Shown here in pieces: positions 31,810-32,000 of a stretch of DNA of 32,000 nt. Source of the DNA: Candidatus Saccharimonadota bacterium (GTDB lineage: Bacteria > Patescibacteriota > Saccharimonadia > Saccharimonadales > Saccharimonadaceae); NCBI GenBank assembly GCA_039920285.1, contig JBDSDX010000001.1, positions 690,001 through 722,000 of the forward strand, written 5' to 3'. Under the pieces are notes generated by a model. The model searched no databases. It had not been told where the DNA came from and worked only from the letters and a program-made list of their open reading frames with translations. The translations under genes were made by a program, and so were the position numbers. Position 1 is the stretch's first letter. Every line of letters begins with the position of its first letter.

Positions 31810-32000
31810 AGCAGCACACTCTTGACGGCAGCCACAAGATCACTCGGCAACATGGTCGATTTATCGACAATCCGACGGACGCCATAACTTTTTAAATCAT
31901 CGAGCTCAAGACTTTCGGCCATATTCGTACAGAGGATGATCGGCAGCGCTCCGCTGTCATCGTATGATTGCATCTCATGAAGCAACGCAAAGGCGGTACT
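31806..32000 (-). CDS. response-regulator receiver domain protein, 5' part outside window
   Basis: Translated by hand as ...TAFALLHEMQSYDDSGALPIILCTNMAESLELDDLKSYGVRRIVDKSTMLPSDLVAAVKSVLL*, a CheY-like C-terminal half. Its stop overlaps the recO ATG (ATGA). Confidence 0.7.
   Translation of the reverse strand, partial: STAFALLHEMQSYDDSGALPIILCTNMAESLELDDLKSYGVRRIVDKSTMLPSDLVAAVKSVLL

Noticed and set aside
31643-31885. 80-aa minus-strand ORF spanning the recO 5' end.
   Set aside because: It is out of frame with recO and with the upstream response-regulator gene. Those two genes abut with an ATGA overlap and fully account for the region.
1-32000. tRNA, rRNA, CRISPR arrays, transposases or integrases, and toxin-antitoxin pairs.
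   Set aside because: No T-arm (GGTTCGAATCC-type) or rRNA signature was seen. There are no regularly spaced direct repeats and no DDE or tyrosine-recombinase motifs in any listed ORF. The search was by eye only.

Overview
Compact, gene-dense bacterial chromosome segment. Gene content suggests a Patescibacteria/CPR genome of the Saccharibacteria type; this is inference, no search was run. The + strand (1-12339) carries pth (5'-truncated), dprA, topA, a sigma70-region-4/HARE-HTH protein and a membrane-anchored TraD/VirD4-like ATPase. Genes then converge on a ~0.6 kb AT-rich gap (12340-12955). The - strand (12956-30205) carries a condensed dcw cluster (mraZ, rsmH, ftsL, ftsI, mraY, ftsW, murG, ftsQ; no mur ligases or ftsA/ftsZ). 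It continues with a GH1 beta-glucosidase, a Pif1-like helicase, a DUF4868/KwaB-like protein, a conserved unknown, rnhA, a DUF427 protein, a 4-TM protein, a large type IV pilin and glyQS. recO and a partial response regulator close the window. No rRNA, tRNA, CRISPR array or transposase was seen. Items most worth follow-up: (1) a KwaB-like gene with its own promoter, coupled to a Pif1 helicase with no adjacent KwaA; (2) an unannotated ~370-nt structured RNA on the - strand (1177-1549) with promoter, terminator and two C(UUCG)G tetraloops; (3) six GC3-rich monocistronic orphan genes, all on +, each with a consensus promoter and/or terminator, inserted between core genes; (4) the sigma-like/unknown/VirD4-like/unknown operon; (5) the AT-rich gap flanked by 20-nt direct repeats; (6) three perfect DnaA boxes, all intergenic; (7) a promoter-proximal ORF interrupted by an in-frame TAA. 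All functional calls rest on motifs read by eye and on recalled family knowledge, so they need HMM or BLAST confirmation.
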